Source: a virus. From it: DNA of 64,000 bases. Both the position numbers and the translations under genes were made by a program. Numbering within the stretch: position 1 is the stretch's first letter; every line of letters starts with the position of its first letter. Of the stretch, positions 44,501 to 53,100 are shown in pieces. The notes under the pieces are model-generated. The model was given only the letters and a program-made list of their open reading frames with translations, searched no databases and had not been told where the DNA came from. Location of the stretch: positions 17,832 to 81,831 of IMG/VR virus record IMGVR_UViG_3300039098_000035; one strand, given 5' to 3'.

Positions 44501-47183
44501 TATGAGATATGTCCGCATAATCAGCGTCATGATCGTGAGACAATAATGAGTATAGTCCACTATGGTCTCCCCAACCATAGGCTGTGTCCCAGTTAGTTAC
44601 TCCACCTTCTAATACACCTATAGCATCTTCATTAGCTTCTATGAAATCAGCGATTTCTCCAAGCGTGTCTAATAATGCAGGTGCATCCCCTAGAATGGCA
44701 GCAATCTCATCACCGATTTCAGTTGTAATTTGTGCCGCAGTCCTTCCTCCTAAATCTCCAACAGTAGTTGTATCTGCTAGGTAAGGATGAGTATGTATAA
44801 GAGCAAACTTGGCATCGGCCGCAGCTTGAGTATACTTATCTAGGTCCGTGATATCAGACTCAGTCCATGTTAGAGCTAAGACTTCTGCTTGAGTATATAA
44901 ACTAGGTTTACCAGTTACATCAGTCCATGCAGGTACCCAAGTATCTGCTCTATAAGGATGAGTATGGATTAATGCATACTTAGCATCAGCTTCAATCTCA
45001 GTATAATATCTATCATCATGAAGATGTGTAGTAGCTGAGTAATCAGAAGGATCAAATGAACCTGCATGCCATACTTTATTGGTCCCTACAAAGAAATCAC
45101 CGTTTTCAAGTACTACAGCCTGTGTTGATACAGGATCATGGCTTGTAAATGTAAACGTAGTATTATACAATCCTCCTGGACTAGCATCATCATGATATTC
45201 AAACTTAAAGATACCCCATTGGGTAGGTGTTGCGCGGTCACTAAACTTAATACCTACGCTTCCGGTACTTGTTGTTTTATGTAAGAATAGTGGAAGTTCT
45301 TCAGTACTTACTATATTCAACATTCCTGACATTGTATCTCCTGCCAATAGTACATAGGGATGAGTATGTATAAGAGCAAACTTGGCATCGGCCGCAGCTT
45401 GAGTATACTTATCTAGGTCCGTGATATCAGACTCAGTCCATGTTAGAGCTAAGACTTCTGCTTGAGTATACTTATCTAGGTCCGTGATATCTGCTTCGAC
45501 ATGAGTATGTACTATAGGTGCGTACACTGTACTAAGCCCACTGATTAAACTAGTTACTTCAGCTTGGGTATACTTATCTAGGTCCGTGATATCAGACTCA
45601 GTCCATGTTAGAGCTAAGACTTCTGCTTGAGTATACTTATCTAGGTCCGTGATATCAGACTCAGTCCATGTAAGTGCTAAGACTTCTGCTTGAGTATACT
45701 TATCTAAATCAGTTATTTGGGATTCTGTAATACTAATACCTGTAGACTTATCCCATGCTATAAATACAGGGTCTGTTTCAGTTACTATATATGCTTGTAA
45801 ATCTGTTATTTGCGATTCCGTTATAGTTATACCTGTACTTTTATCCCAGGCTATAAAGATAGGATCTGTTTCATCAGGAAATGCTAGGTCTGTTATCTGT
45901 GCCATAACAATACTGATACCGGTACTTTTATCCCATGCACTAAATATAGGGTCTGTCTCAGTAAATGAAGTTAGGTACCCTCCATCTCCATGATCGCCCC
46001 AGCCATAGGCTGTGTCCCAGTTAGTACTGTTGGTTAACATAGCATCTACTTCAGCTTGCGTATACTTATCTAATCCAACAATCTGTGCAGAAGGTATTTC
46101 AGTTATAGGAATACTCTGCATTAAATTAACTATCTGTCCTTCAGTAAAATCAACATAGTCTTCATTAGTAATATTTATGAATTTAATGCCACTGGCTATT
46201 TTAATTGTAGAATCTTCATTACCTGGATGGACACTTTGGTAGTCCACCTCAAAGTAATAAGTATCAGAACCAGCATAAGGGTATGTGTAGACTCCTTCTA
46301 ACACGCGCCATTCATGTGCATCAAGGTCTGAAAGGTCCGCTGTGCCTAAAGGAATAGTTCCTAATCCTACAAGGATAGCGTCACAGTTAGGAGTATCAGA
46401 AGAAAGAGTAATTTTAAAGTAATATTTATTGTTATAATTAAGAACTATAGGGGTGGTTAAATCCTGTCCTTTTGTGTTTGTTAGTGGCCCTGCTGCGGCG
46501 TTACCTATAACAACGACACCGTCCTCATAAGTTACATAGTTTCCGTCAGGGTGTGTCCACGTTCCCATACTGTACATGTTTGTACCTGTAGCAGCATTAT
46601 AGTATGTATTTTGTACAAGTTCTAAAGTAGGTACAGTACCATTTAGTATCGCTAAGTCGTCCGTATTATCTTCGACATCAAGTCCCAATAAATACAGGTT
46701 ATAATCTATAGTACCTACTGTTTCTGCTAGAGTATCTATATAATCTTTATCATAGGCATCAGTGATTCCATAACCTGCTAAGGTAGTTGGTGTATTTGAT
46801 ACAGCATCCCATGTAGTTTCAGGATGTATAACAGCCCATCCTCCTGGTTCAGATGTATCTTTTTGTACGATACGTCCAGTATAAGGTGTAAGCTCTTCTG
46901 CTGTATTGAACGTCAAAACAACATCCCATTCAATATGGCCTGCCGCATCTGCTTGTTCAGTTCCATAATAAGTGTATAAACCTTTTTTAATGTTAAGGTC
47001 GCCAAGAGGTATATCACCTATAGTTAAAGGTAAAAGGGAAGGATCGAGTAATCCATCCTCCCCTAGTAATCCTATAATTGCATCAATGTGTGATACTGGA
47101 AGAATTATGTGATCGCCTTCACCGAAGTCTGCTTCAGTGTCTGCCCTGTAATGCCATTCAAATATTGCGTATTTTTGTGACAT
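35514..47183 (-). CDS. Very long modular tail fibre (3889 aa) with C-terminal peptidase S74-like intramolecular chaperone
   Basis: Fibre repeats TTLAGYGITD, HTH/HDDRYYTE, WDTAYGWGDH, YLPLxGGTxTG, GNVGIGT. C-terminal SDITRKKDI...GVMAQEIE plus coiled coil. Confidence 0.9.
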   Translation of the reverse strand: MSQKYAIFEWHYRADTEADFGEGDHIILPVSHIDAIIGLLGEDGLLDPSLLPLTIGDIPLGDLNIKKGLYTYYGTEQADAAGHIEWDVVLTFNTAEELTPYTGRIVQKDTSEPGGWAVIHPETTWDAVSNTPTTLAGYGITDAYDKDYIDTLAETVGTIDYNLYLLGLDVEDNTDDLAILNGTVPTLELVQNTYYNAATGTNMYSMGTWTHPDGNYVTYEDGVVVIGNAAAGPLTNTKGQDLTTPIVLNYNNKYYFKITLSSDTPNCDAILVGLGTIPLGTADLSDLDAHEWRVLEGVYTYPYAGSDTYYFEVDYQSVHPGNEDSTIKIASGIKFINITNEDYVDFTEGQIVNLMQSIPITEIPSAQIVGLDKYTQAEVDAMLTNSTNWDTAYGWGDHGDGGYLTSFTETDPIFSAWDKSTGISIVMAQITDLAFPDETDPIFIAWDKSTGITITESQITDLQAYIVTETDPVFIAWDKSTGISITESQITDLDKYTQAEVLALTWTESDITDLDKYTQAEVLALTWTESDITDLDKYTQAEVTSLISGLSTVYAPIVHTHVEADITDLDKYTQAEVLALTWTESDITDLDKYTQAAADAKFALIHTHPYVLLAGDTMSGMLNIVSTEELPLFLHKTTSTGSVGIKFSDRATPTQWGIFKFEYHDDASPGGLYNTTFTFTSHDPVSTQAVVLENGDFFVGTNKVWHAGSFDPSDYSATTHLHDDRYYTEIEADAKYALIHTHPYRADTWVPAWTDVTGKPSLYTQAEVLALTWTESDITDLDKYTQAAADAKFALIHTHPYLADTTTVGDLGGRTAAQITTEIGDEIAAILGDAPALLDTLGEIADFIEANEDAIGVLEGGVTNWDTAYGWGDHSGLYSLLSHDHDADYADISHNHAAIYEPLGTLHDDRYYTETEIDSLLTSSGNWDTAYGWGDHSGLYSLLSHDHDKYEFNKTGWDYQPDLEVSCVDATRTFTITFNSVEDYWINSVKVTKQIGSESVVFDDTEGLKFFYYTTAGLIASDSAWTFNLTKALVAYGLWDATNKEMILLGPEWHGWMMDDRDHEMEHLTYGTRYSSGFAVTTLTTTTIKVDPGVMYDEDLRLTLGENIGVTQTLDALVAPILYRNADGDIRKIAGTTATCYLNTQPQVNLNTAGVWSLEDVSNNKYFVYWLVITNDSNDSAVIWMPGQYEGDNLTDAKALNDLSTLETGALEMQEFIILGRLLMKAGNGSYTIEEFETYRSDKVSSAVVSIGDHIHDDRYYTEVELDAALLLKSDEHSHPYLPLIGGTLTGDIELGTNSLKFLAVNNTIDFLKINYEASGATFSWFHRYTGELTGNENGYEIHSSTNRALRITQDGIVSFDSTPKVGVVALVKTDDSRLSDNRDPNAHTHVEADITDLDKYTQAEVDTLLTGYEETHSHPYLPLVGGTLTGALTIDGGSTASTGILGIRQSGDTLADGIAITSSHGTSHRIWKDAAGALNFGPTGLPSAFKQDILGNLDIAGSINIPSGDHLQWQSGNARIGETGYDLYFSTWTGSALTEKMRILSNGNIGIGTASPTKNLEVYGANARIVVSHNAYDVGEVGYVFRHRLNPGSGVGDKTAIISKGVDSHGLSDLHFVVDSATDYDEFTLASDTKMIIKNDGKIGIGTIVPLALLHIKNETLDNSVFKSMLTIGSNENSESPQTSFDETKPSYGITFRRDWNSDGKQATLAGIYASGHGGYRGGLVFRTKDNTTSNGVPDVTALFIAPSGIADFAFTPTVNAVAVSLVGHTHVVADLTDWSDLWVDVTGDTMTGDLTIETKLFVGTGDMHTNRAAHINGTLRVGPYSATTDIDYIDLIPGGTDSVIQTSNDGTMAIKNLDTATGTLSLWTNALERLTVAHDGKVGIGTNAPNELLEIKNGSIKIWTDDTYDYALTLGRDGVYPAIYGDAVIRIMQRMEIWGSSNGYYFDVRNAAGAVDAKIDGAGDSYVNALANNFGIGTSSPSTKLHAISAQAGKPVLTLQNTNAAGYSAIHFKHTSNTHAGHIGYAGTGTALNDVMFIGSIGAYPLVFTTSDTEKMRIATSGNVGIGTDNPSRKLHIYEDSSGGSAHTYTDLLIESSEYAMITLLTPNTGKGYYGFADPEDSYVAGMYYAHATNELSFDVNNTLALRIDSDGIADFVNTPTIDGTAVSLVGHTHASDDTNTYVDSITLADRVVTLGRSGALADLTLDLSTQVVNKIRLTGRSKTYKIFSVNKTGSQHRILHGRILSSNNYAATDRSDVHLMLGFYNENWAANAYQLGQDNAYPVYFSLYDTGTNFEGFITMSNYTDNAVLTLDMLNLITITMIEEAPTGDLLYNSETSENFILDSSNYDSYALPLVGGTLTGALTIDDAILQINTGSEDDEVFFNLKYNDNDAYQLFLKQTVSSGVVRYNFSMINVDTVYDDVLVLDRGKVGIGTTDPEYTLHVDGQIKITNANGGAWNDGLIIEDATGWAATVYARGTAAKMFTGLRDETDDYIWMAPVYDNTGTNLTPPRDDTVLLVDEDAQDIKIFLPTQFGQGVRMYDSLRIGDIVIPNATAQWGVGGTTTGCIVIELPNTVAMYDMMTITIDTYEYTTNTHSTYTMSGHNWTTSTWYNYSVIGSGNNIDEVQLGVTPGGRHCIIIGTVSKSWSYGRVAVTKVISHPTYDSQNWEGSWNVSQVTDLTGYTALTGNIAKAIFHEGNFLAGTDYLTSVAWGDLTGTQPDPVAHTHNYLSQIAGGALDVDADNGTGLYPGSTGTWTNKGPAGNNAGALLSINTHPGNYFSQLWFDTAGGEFYARHANAVLPTTTWNKILTSANIGTYALEDDHDASAVTAALIVNWDLAYGWGDHGVEGYLTGVAWGDLTGTQPDPVAHTHAYLPLAGGTMTGDLTFDTDAEIVHNTDSNYMKYRVYSDDNYGIGMVSGLSFGAINNDWAMTFTFNDDADRGFLWRDTNHSTSQGAMALSTGGKLTVAHSLRVGYGTSDTAVPGATYDLDISGDALIGGNIVVSEDVTIAGMLNAHLYSYEGGVRKIVNPKGGLLNTAVSNIDGAIRIKLPQKGESNTMLRMVVDVYNYAHDTSFTVTLGGYLHAAPSWTNTFAIFESTDAMNITRQVHFALDASNYGVIYIGDVDATEEWDYSIVSVRELLLGHSGDDNVAWMDALSISYVTSIGTDTIEISETGTQLDAGTLEGHAANYFQPLLDKAAVQNLLDLTTTNNSGSMPVNDVVRNTIGYASSFPSGDFDNFSNTDGGLYAGVYSSSWVHEIYGDFRTGHMAVRGKNNGTWMDWLEVLDMGNFDDYALPLTGGAVTGETTFADKIGIGTTSPQNSLELVNASGETGLRLRSNYASVGSNATIGFRLSTTVVGENYAEITAYRTNDPASTATDLLFKTRDGTSIEERMRLTSTGILYVGGSIIADDSLYINYDQSDDNAVVFFGDVASAVAHFLKFDATEQVFYFSDELEIGGYTAWHANNFDPDDYLTDTGLTVFTVPAGQLGSQASEINTLQIKQATASTDAMITFHVGGDYALHFGLDGTTNDLFVGGWSMGVNKYKIFHEGNFVAGTDYQAPLVADTDYQTPQTTLAGYGITDAFDGAFSSLTGTPTTLAGYGITDGEYSLTEAKIETALTNVTFGDGYMQANTYLQTMQFRTSTKGTLTAPAYRFSGDADTGMFFPSLDQLAFSAGGVEMIRLIEGTTPSQRITVSANIDASNTALMLGLSTTEYFGYLFSYRVYRNAEYSLSDITRKKDINRIQLDNNLEINPSIAGYVEGKDGTMFRQIELLFEQLNIYTFNYNDDEADDLKIGVMAQEIEIILKDHPVLLAMLVSRELVTDRDGTNEREDITIRTDNIATLKTVMIKHLQSKVKKLEDKHNRMVELLISKGLITQEEGEDL
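38562..39050. repeat. 54-bp exact direct repeat in tail fibre
   Basis: 38562-38615 = 38997-39050 (VAWGDLTGTQPDPVAHTH). Confidence 0.9.
44341..44595. repeat. 69-bp exact direct repeat in tail fibre
   Basis: 44341-44409 = 44527-44595 (NWDTAYGWGDHSGLYSLLSHDHD). Confidence 0.9.
44785..45707. repeat. 63-bp coding repeats (DKYTQAEVLALTWTESDITDL) including a 113-bp exact direct repeat
   Basis: 44785-44897 is identical to 45358-45470; further near-identical 63-bp units to about 45707. Confidence 0.9.
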
Positions 47184-47206
47184 ATGTAATTCCTCCTTTC
47201 AGTTTA

Positions 47207-47470
47207 TTATACGTTCTTTTCTTGTTCTAAAACTTTAATTAATTGTCCAAGATTCTGTGCTGCCATGTTGTGTAACTTGTTAGTTGATTTCAATGCACCG
47301 TCCATTTGTTTCAAGAAGTCTGCATTTGTTTCTAAAGTAGCTTTACTAAATGCTACTAATGATTCAACACGTTTCTCTGCAATCTCACAACGTTTCAGTA
47401 CGATGTCATGCTCCACTTTTAACTCATTTAATTCCTTTTGTTCTTTTGTTAACTTAGTTGTTTCAGCCAT
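47207..47470 (-). CDS. Small coiled-coil protein (possible fibre chaperone)
   Basis: 87 aa, heptad pattern, AGGAGG RBS, immediately upstream of the fibre. Confidence 0.65.
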   Translation of the reverse strand: MAETTKLTKEQKELNELKVEHDIVLKRCEIAEKRVESLVAFSKATLETNADFLKQMDGALKSTNKLHNMAAQNLGQLIKVLEQEKNV

Positions 47471-47518
47471 TTTTTAGTCCTCCTATAGGATATATTTTTT
47501 TACCAGGGCTTATTCTGG

Positions 47519-47890
47519 TTAAATCTCAAATGTGTTTAATACTTTACCGTAGTCACTACGGTTATAGTCTTCACTAGGTGTATCGAAAGTTAATACAAAA
47601 TCATCTGGTGGAGGGGCATCTCTAATCTCAGGATATACTTCCTCCATTGCTGTTTTAACTGCAGCAGTAAATGATGGAGTAACTACAAGTGCAGGTACAC
47701 TACCACCTATATAGCCTCCTATTGCACGTACCACTTCAATATCTAATGACTCTAAAAATCTAGTATTAGCATTAGCTTGTTCTTTTAGTATGTTAATATA
47801 TGCATTCCATTTCTTTACTGATAGTCCACCATTACCACTTAGGTTTTGTTGAGGGATGCTGTTACGTATTAATGCAGGGCGTAAAGGCAT
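47519..47890 (-). CDS. Hypothetical protein
   Basis: 123-aa ORF coupled (TAATG) to the upstream gene. Confidence 0.65.
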   Translation of the reverse strand: MPLRPALIRNSIPQQNLSGNGGLSVKKWNAYINILKEQANANTRFLESLDIEVVRAIGGYIGGSVPALVVTPSFTAAVKTAMEEVYPEIRDAPPPDDFVLTFDTPSEDYNRSDYGKVLNTFEI

Positions 47891-48360
47891 TATTTATTTA
47901 CAACCCCAAGTACATACCCTTTAGAGATTAAGTACAATTCTTTATATTTTAAATGGATGGCTTCAAAAATTGCTCCTGCTGCCATACCTCCGAATAGTAC
48001 TAAAACTGTTTCAAAGTATGTATTGAATGCTAAATTAATAGAACGTAATAACATATACCTAAGTGTAAGTCCCATAGTTATTAGTAGTATAAATAATAAT
48101 AACTTTGGTATGGCTTTGATTAAACCTTTCTTAAGGCTGGGTTCCCATGTACCCACCCAACTAGGTATGTCTACACCAAGGCGCACAATACCTAAGAAGC
48201 CTATCAGTACTACAGGGAATACCAGTGAAGTTGTTTCTTTAGTAATTCCTAACTTAGTAGCGAAATATACGAAGGGTCCTACGTAACTTAGTAGGTAGAA
48301 TAAGAGATAATTGATCTTCTTCTTTCTCTTATATTCTTTCTGAAGATCTGTTTCAACCAT
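47890..48360 (-). CDS. Integral membrane protein (~4 TM; holin-like candidate)
   Basis: Four hydrophobic stretches, basic N-terminus, GGAGG RBS. Confidence 0.65.
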   Translation of the reverse strand: MVETDLQKEYKRKKKINYLLFYLLSYVGPFVYFATKLGITKETTSLVFPVVLIGFLGIVRLGVDIPSWVGTWEPSLKKGLIKAIPKLLLFILLITMGLTLRYMLLRSINLAFNTYFETVLVLFGGMAAGAIFEAIHLKYKELYLISKGYVLGVVNK

Positions 48361-48363
48361 AGT

Positions 48364-48870
48364 TTAACCCTCCTTTACAGTATACTTATCTAAAAGGCTA
48401 GCTGCAACTTCAGTAGCATCTTCTATAATTTCTATAATAGGATTTTTATTTGCTTCTAATTTTTCAATAATGTCTCCTTCAGCTTCAAACACACCTGCAG
48501 CAATCTCAACGAGTTTAAGTGCATACCCATCTTGAAGGGCTTTAGCATCTTCCACTAACTCAATCTTTTGTGCACCGTCCAGTTTGGAAGCCACAGTAAG
48601 ATAGTTAAGGTATTTAAAAGTAAGGGCCATGGATTTTTGAAGGTACTCATTTTCAGCAACTACTTGTGCTTTTTCATACGTCTCACTATCTTTAGCTTTT
48701 AAGGCATCTGCAACTTTGTCCATCAAAAGATTGACAAGTACATTGTTTGATTTCTCTTTAATAATCATACGTGCCATTAACACACTAAATGTAATAAGCG
48801 TCCCTACTGTGACAGTACCAAATACGGTAACTCCCCAGTATGCATCCATAAATTCAATTATCTGTTCCAT
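48364..48870 (-). CDS. Single-TM membrane-anchored helical protein
   Basis: N-terminal WGVTVFGTVTVGTLITFSVLMA followed by helical acidic region; GAGGAG RBS. Confidence 0.65.
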   Translation of the reverse strand: MEQIIEFMDAYWGVTVFGTVTVGTLITFSVLMARMIIKEKSNNVLVNLLMDKVADALKAKDSETYEKAQVVAENEYLQKSMALTFKYLNYLTVASKLDGAQKIELVEDAKALQDGYALKLVEIAAGVFEAEGDIIEKLEANKNPIIEIIEDATEVAASLLDKYTVKEG

Positions 48871-48888
48871 AAGTTTTCTCCTCTCATA

Positions 48889-49782
48889 TTATTGTGTCTG
48901 TCCTGTTACTATTTTATATGCTTCAGCATATGAAATACCTGTTTGTGACGCATACTGTTGTGCCATGAAGTTAGCATTTCCAGCATCAGCAGCACTGTAC
49001 GCTGCAGCATTTTGTCCACGGGCATTAGCTTGATCTAAGTATGACATATACGCTTGATCTTTTGCTGTTGCTTGTGCCCCTTGTGCCATAATACGATTCT
49101 GGCCAAGTACTTTATTATTTTCATTAAGGGCATTTACATTAGACATCATCATTTGCATATCTTGATTTGCAATCTGTGATTCACTCATCCCTGCCTTTAA
49201 TCTAGACATACGTTCATTACGTACAGAATCTGTAATCTGTTTAATAACAGCGGCTTGATTCATAGCTTGGTCTTGGAACTGTACGTCTGCCAACTGTACT
49301 CCTACATTAGCTTCCCGTTGGAATACTCCTTCAAGCTCATTTCTTAAACGATATCCTCCTGTACCAGGAGTTTCAGATTCGTATAAATCCTTATAATATG
49401 TATTAAGGGCATCTAGTCTAGGATCATTTTCTTTCCCTGTCACAGGATCTATAGTAATTTTTTCAGGATCACCAACTACAGTACCATTACCTGCAGTAAA
49501 GTCATTAAAATTATGAGTATCTCTAAATGCCATAAGACCTGTGCTTATGTTACGCATTGCAGGTCCTAGGCGCCCAACATCCCCGCCTTCAGGCATTGTA
49601 CCTGTGTTCAACCAATGTGAGATAGCCTGGTCTAAATCTTTTTTTGTTCCTAGGGTACCGCCTTTAACAGCAGTGTAATCGATAGGATATGTTTCATTCG
49701 TTGTGACGTCTGTTACATATCCGTTCTTTACAACATATCGAGGAGTGTCAAACCCAACAGCGTTTTTTAAAATACCAGCCAT
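48889..49782 (-). CDS. Putative internal virion / DNA ejection protein
   Basis: Q/A/N/M-rich helical C-half typical of podoviral ejection proteins; located after the nozzle. Positional and compositional inference only. Confidence 0.5.
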   Translation of the reverse strand: MAGILKNAVGFDTPRYVVKNGYVTDVTTNETYPIDYTAVKGGTLGTKKDLDQAISHWLNTGTMPEGGDVGRLGPAMRNISTGLMAFRDTHNFNDFTAGNGTVVGDPEKITIDPVTGKENDPRLDALNTYYKDLYESETPGTGGYRLRNELEGVFQREANVGVQLADVQFQDQAMNQAAVIKQITDSVRNERMSRLKAGMSESQIANQDMQMMMSNVNALNENNKVLGQNRIMAQGAQATAKDQAYMSYLDQANARGQNAAAYSAADAGNANFMAQQYASQTGISYAEAYKIVTGQTQ

Positions 49783-49783
49783 A

Positions 49784-50173
49784 CTAGATCACCTCTCCTT
49801 CATCTTGGAGTCTTTCGACTTCAGCTTCTAGTTCAACTATATACTTTTGAAAGTTGGGTAGCACAGGGCGTTTCCCAAACAAACAATATTTATGACAAGG
49901 GACTTCTCCAACATACGTACGAATAGGTATGCTGTCGGCATCCACCAATTCTACTTTAATTTTAACAGCAGCCCCTGGCAGTACAGGGATTAATGCTTGT
50001 GTTAAATCTACGTTAATACGGTTACCTATAAACACCTCTGTACCTATATAGAACCTTGGCTCCAAATGGTTTGTATTAAACTCAAACACATACTGTAAGT
50101 GGGTGCTATGTAGAGGTTCGGGAACAGGTTTACGTTTAATTTTAATTTTTCCTTTACCTAGATTTATTATCAT
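49784..50173 (-). CDS. Hypothetical protein
   Basis: 129-aa ORF, ATGA overlap with the upstream gene. Confidence 0.65.
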   Translation of the reverse strand: MIINLGKGKIKIKRKPVPEPLHSTHLQYVFEFNTNHLEPRFYIGTEVFIGNRINVDLTQALIPVLPGAAVKIKVELVDADSIPIRTYVGEVPCHKYCLFGKRPVLPNFQKYIVELEAEVERLQDEGEVI

Positions 50174-53100
50174 ATACGTCTCTCCTTATAGACAATTCCA
50201 AATGATTGTAATTTGAAATCTCCTTTTGATATGAACTGCATTTTTAACCGCAGTACTTTACCTTTGCCACGTATAGAAGTACGGTGTGTTAATAGTTTGC
50301 TTGATGTAAATTCAGCAAAATCTAAAAGTAAACTATCTTCTTCATACGTACGATTCTCCATAGCATATATAAACGCTGCAGATGCAGCATCTGATATTTG
50401 GTTATCTCCAATTAAATCAATTAGATCATTGTTATCTGTCTTAGGTACTGTTACGTAGTACGAGATTCCACCTATGTCATGCACTTCAAGTTGCGTATCA
50501 TAAAATGGATGTGATACGATATCATCTAATTCTGTCTCAACATTGAATAACAATTTACTAGTGCTCAGATTTTTAAATACAGTGTGCAGTGTTGCAAATC
50601 TTTTTCTTAAGTGGTTGTTTAAACTCATGTTACCTGTATCAATTAAAGGACTTATCGCTATCTTTTTAAAATTATTAATGATAGACATATCTGCATTTGA
50701 ATCCATTTGATTCAATTCTTTATAAGGCATCGTAAGATATAACTTAGCCTGGCTTTTTGTTATGTAAAGCTCGCCACTATCTAAATACATTTTATCATGT
50801 ATGTCGGTAAATGCAACAGTATCATATACAAAGAATCGATTATTAATAACATCGAAGACAAGGATATATGTGATATACCCAGGGATGTAATAAAATATTT
50901 TAATAAAGTTAACAGATAATAAAGCTTTAATGTTTACATCGTCTTTAGTTATTGTGTGTTGAATATTGTAATTAGCAAGACGTTCATTGATGTAATCATC
51001 ATAGTTTAATAATACATCATTTACACCTTGATTGAAATACTTAAGTGAAAACCTCGTTTCACTATCAATCATAGTGTTAGGTTTTATAAGGAACATTTGT
51101 CCATCTTCAGAATAGAATAGTATGAACTCATTAAATACTTGTATAACATCCTTATACTTTTCATTAGTACGTATGTTATAAAGTACTTTTTGTGTGGCCC
51201 AGTACTCAGTAGTAACAGTGACTTGTGTTTCACCTTCACCTGTTATTGTATCTAATGAATCTCTATACAACGCATACAAATGTTGGGACGTAAATATAAG
51301 TAATATATTTTTAAACTCAAGTACTTTAATAACTGTTTCAGCATACTCAAACTTATTTACTTCTTTATAGTAATTAAATCTTCCTGGTTCAGATATATAT
51401 ATTGTATTATTTTTCCACATTACAGTATACATCCCACCAAACTCCATCATATTTTCAGATTCTTGAATATACTCTGGATCATCTATCTGATACTCTGGGA
51501 TTTCTATAATTTGTAAAGAATCTACACCATATAATATTTGTTGTGAGTGCGCGTAATTAGCAGCATCAGCCCAGAAATCTTTAAGGATATTTGCTTCAGT
51601 TATATTTGTAGGTACTTCAGCAGGTAAGTAAGGTTTCATATAGAATGTAAAAGTAAAACCATCCTTTAAAAATTTTACAGCATCAAAGTCAGGCATGTTA
51701 GTACCTTGCAGTGTAGTAGATGATAGTTGAATAATAAATTCAGTATCTATCTCTGCGTTATGCATAGGTTTTTCTACAAGATTATCATAGTTATCATACG
51801 TGTTAACCATGAAGATATCATAAAAGTCCAGGTCATCTCCTGTATAATGCCCCCAATAATTAATACTTCTAAAATGATAACGCTTATCATCTGCGTCATC
51901 TGTCTCATCTAAGTACCACCCAAGTGGAAGCAGGCGCCATGCTATATTATAACTATCCATATTGTTGCCTTCAATGTACTCTCTAAACTCTTCCATAGTT
52001 ATGAAGAAGCCGTCATATACTTCATCACTGTTTGCAAAAGATCCTTTAACATAGTCATAAGGGTCGTCCCAAAGAGCGCTGATATAAAACACAGTTTCAG
52101 CATTACGTAGATCCTTTATATGTATCCTAGGGGAGTTTGCCAAATCTTCAAGAGCATCTATAGCTAAAAGTAATTCCCGTTTATCTGTGATTGTTCCATC
52201 TAGCACAGAGCGCCAAGCATCATAACGTGCTTCACCTAAAGTGTAATCTGCAGGTTCAACAGGACTTGGGGCTGCGTTGGAAATAACATCACAATAAGAA
52301 TTATCATTAGGCACTAGTGTTATAACATATTGAGCACCTTCATAATGTCTAGCTGAGCTTGCGCCTGTTGTTACTTTCCCTGTAGGTCTAGGAAATATAC
52401 GTACAGGTGCTTCACTTAATCCTTTATACTCTAGCCAGTTACCTCTAGAAATATTGTCAGGATCATTTATATTAGCTATATCAATACGGTAGGCCCACTT
52501 AGCGGTTTCATCTCCAAGTACAAGACTTGCAGGATCCAGTACAAAGTGCGGACGTATTTCTAAATCAACACGTGGGACATATTGGATATAGTACTTTGTC
52601 TTATCATCACTGCTGACATACAACAAGCCTAGCATATTTACATTACCAGCAGGTCTATTTTCTGTAGTGTATAATGTTTGCAAAGGATCGGGTATTATAG
52701 ACTTACTGCTAGCTATGTTACGTTCAGAAATTATATACGTAGGATGCGCGTCAAGATTTAAAATCTCAAACACTAAAGTATTTGCAGCAAGGCTTAAAGA
52801 TGGTACAGCATTTTTACGATAGTAGAATGCTAGCAGTAATGTTTGCTGTTCAATATTGTAAGCCTCATCTTCTTCTACTACAACTTTAATTAAATTCTTT
52901 TTTACTCCATACTCATTAGTAACATAGTTAAGTTGTGTGGCGTGTAGCAATGTTATATGTTGTAAGAAATAACTAGCAATAACGCTACGTGCTATGTTTA
53001 TAGTGTGTGCTTCAACTCCAGCATCATAGTATGCTGTGAATGCAGGAATCTCAGTTATAAGATAATCAACAACAGCGTTATAATCAGCTGCAATGTACTC

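Noticed and set aside
44785-45707. Regular repeats resembling a CRISPR array
   Set aside because: Units are in-frame multiples of 3 within the tail fibre, mostly tandem without unique equal-length spacers, and no cas operon is present.
35514-47183. Diversity-generating retroelement or shufflon acting on the fibre
   Set aside because: No reverse transcriptase or invertase seen in the window; repeat pairs are direct and identical rather than differing at adenines.
47490-47522. Hairpin ACCAG/CTGGT as terminator
   Set aside because: Short stem followed by an A-run, not a U-run, on the coding strand.
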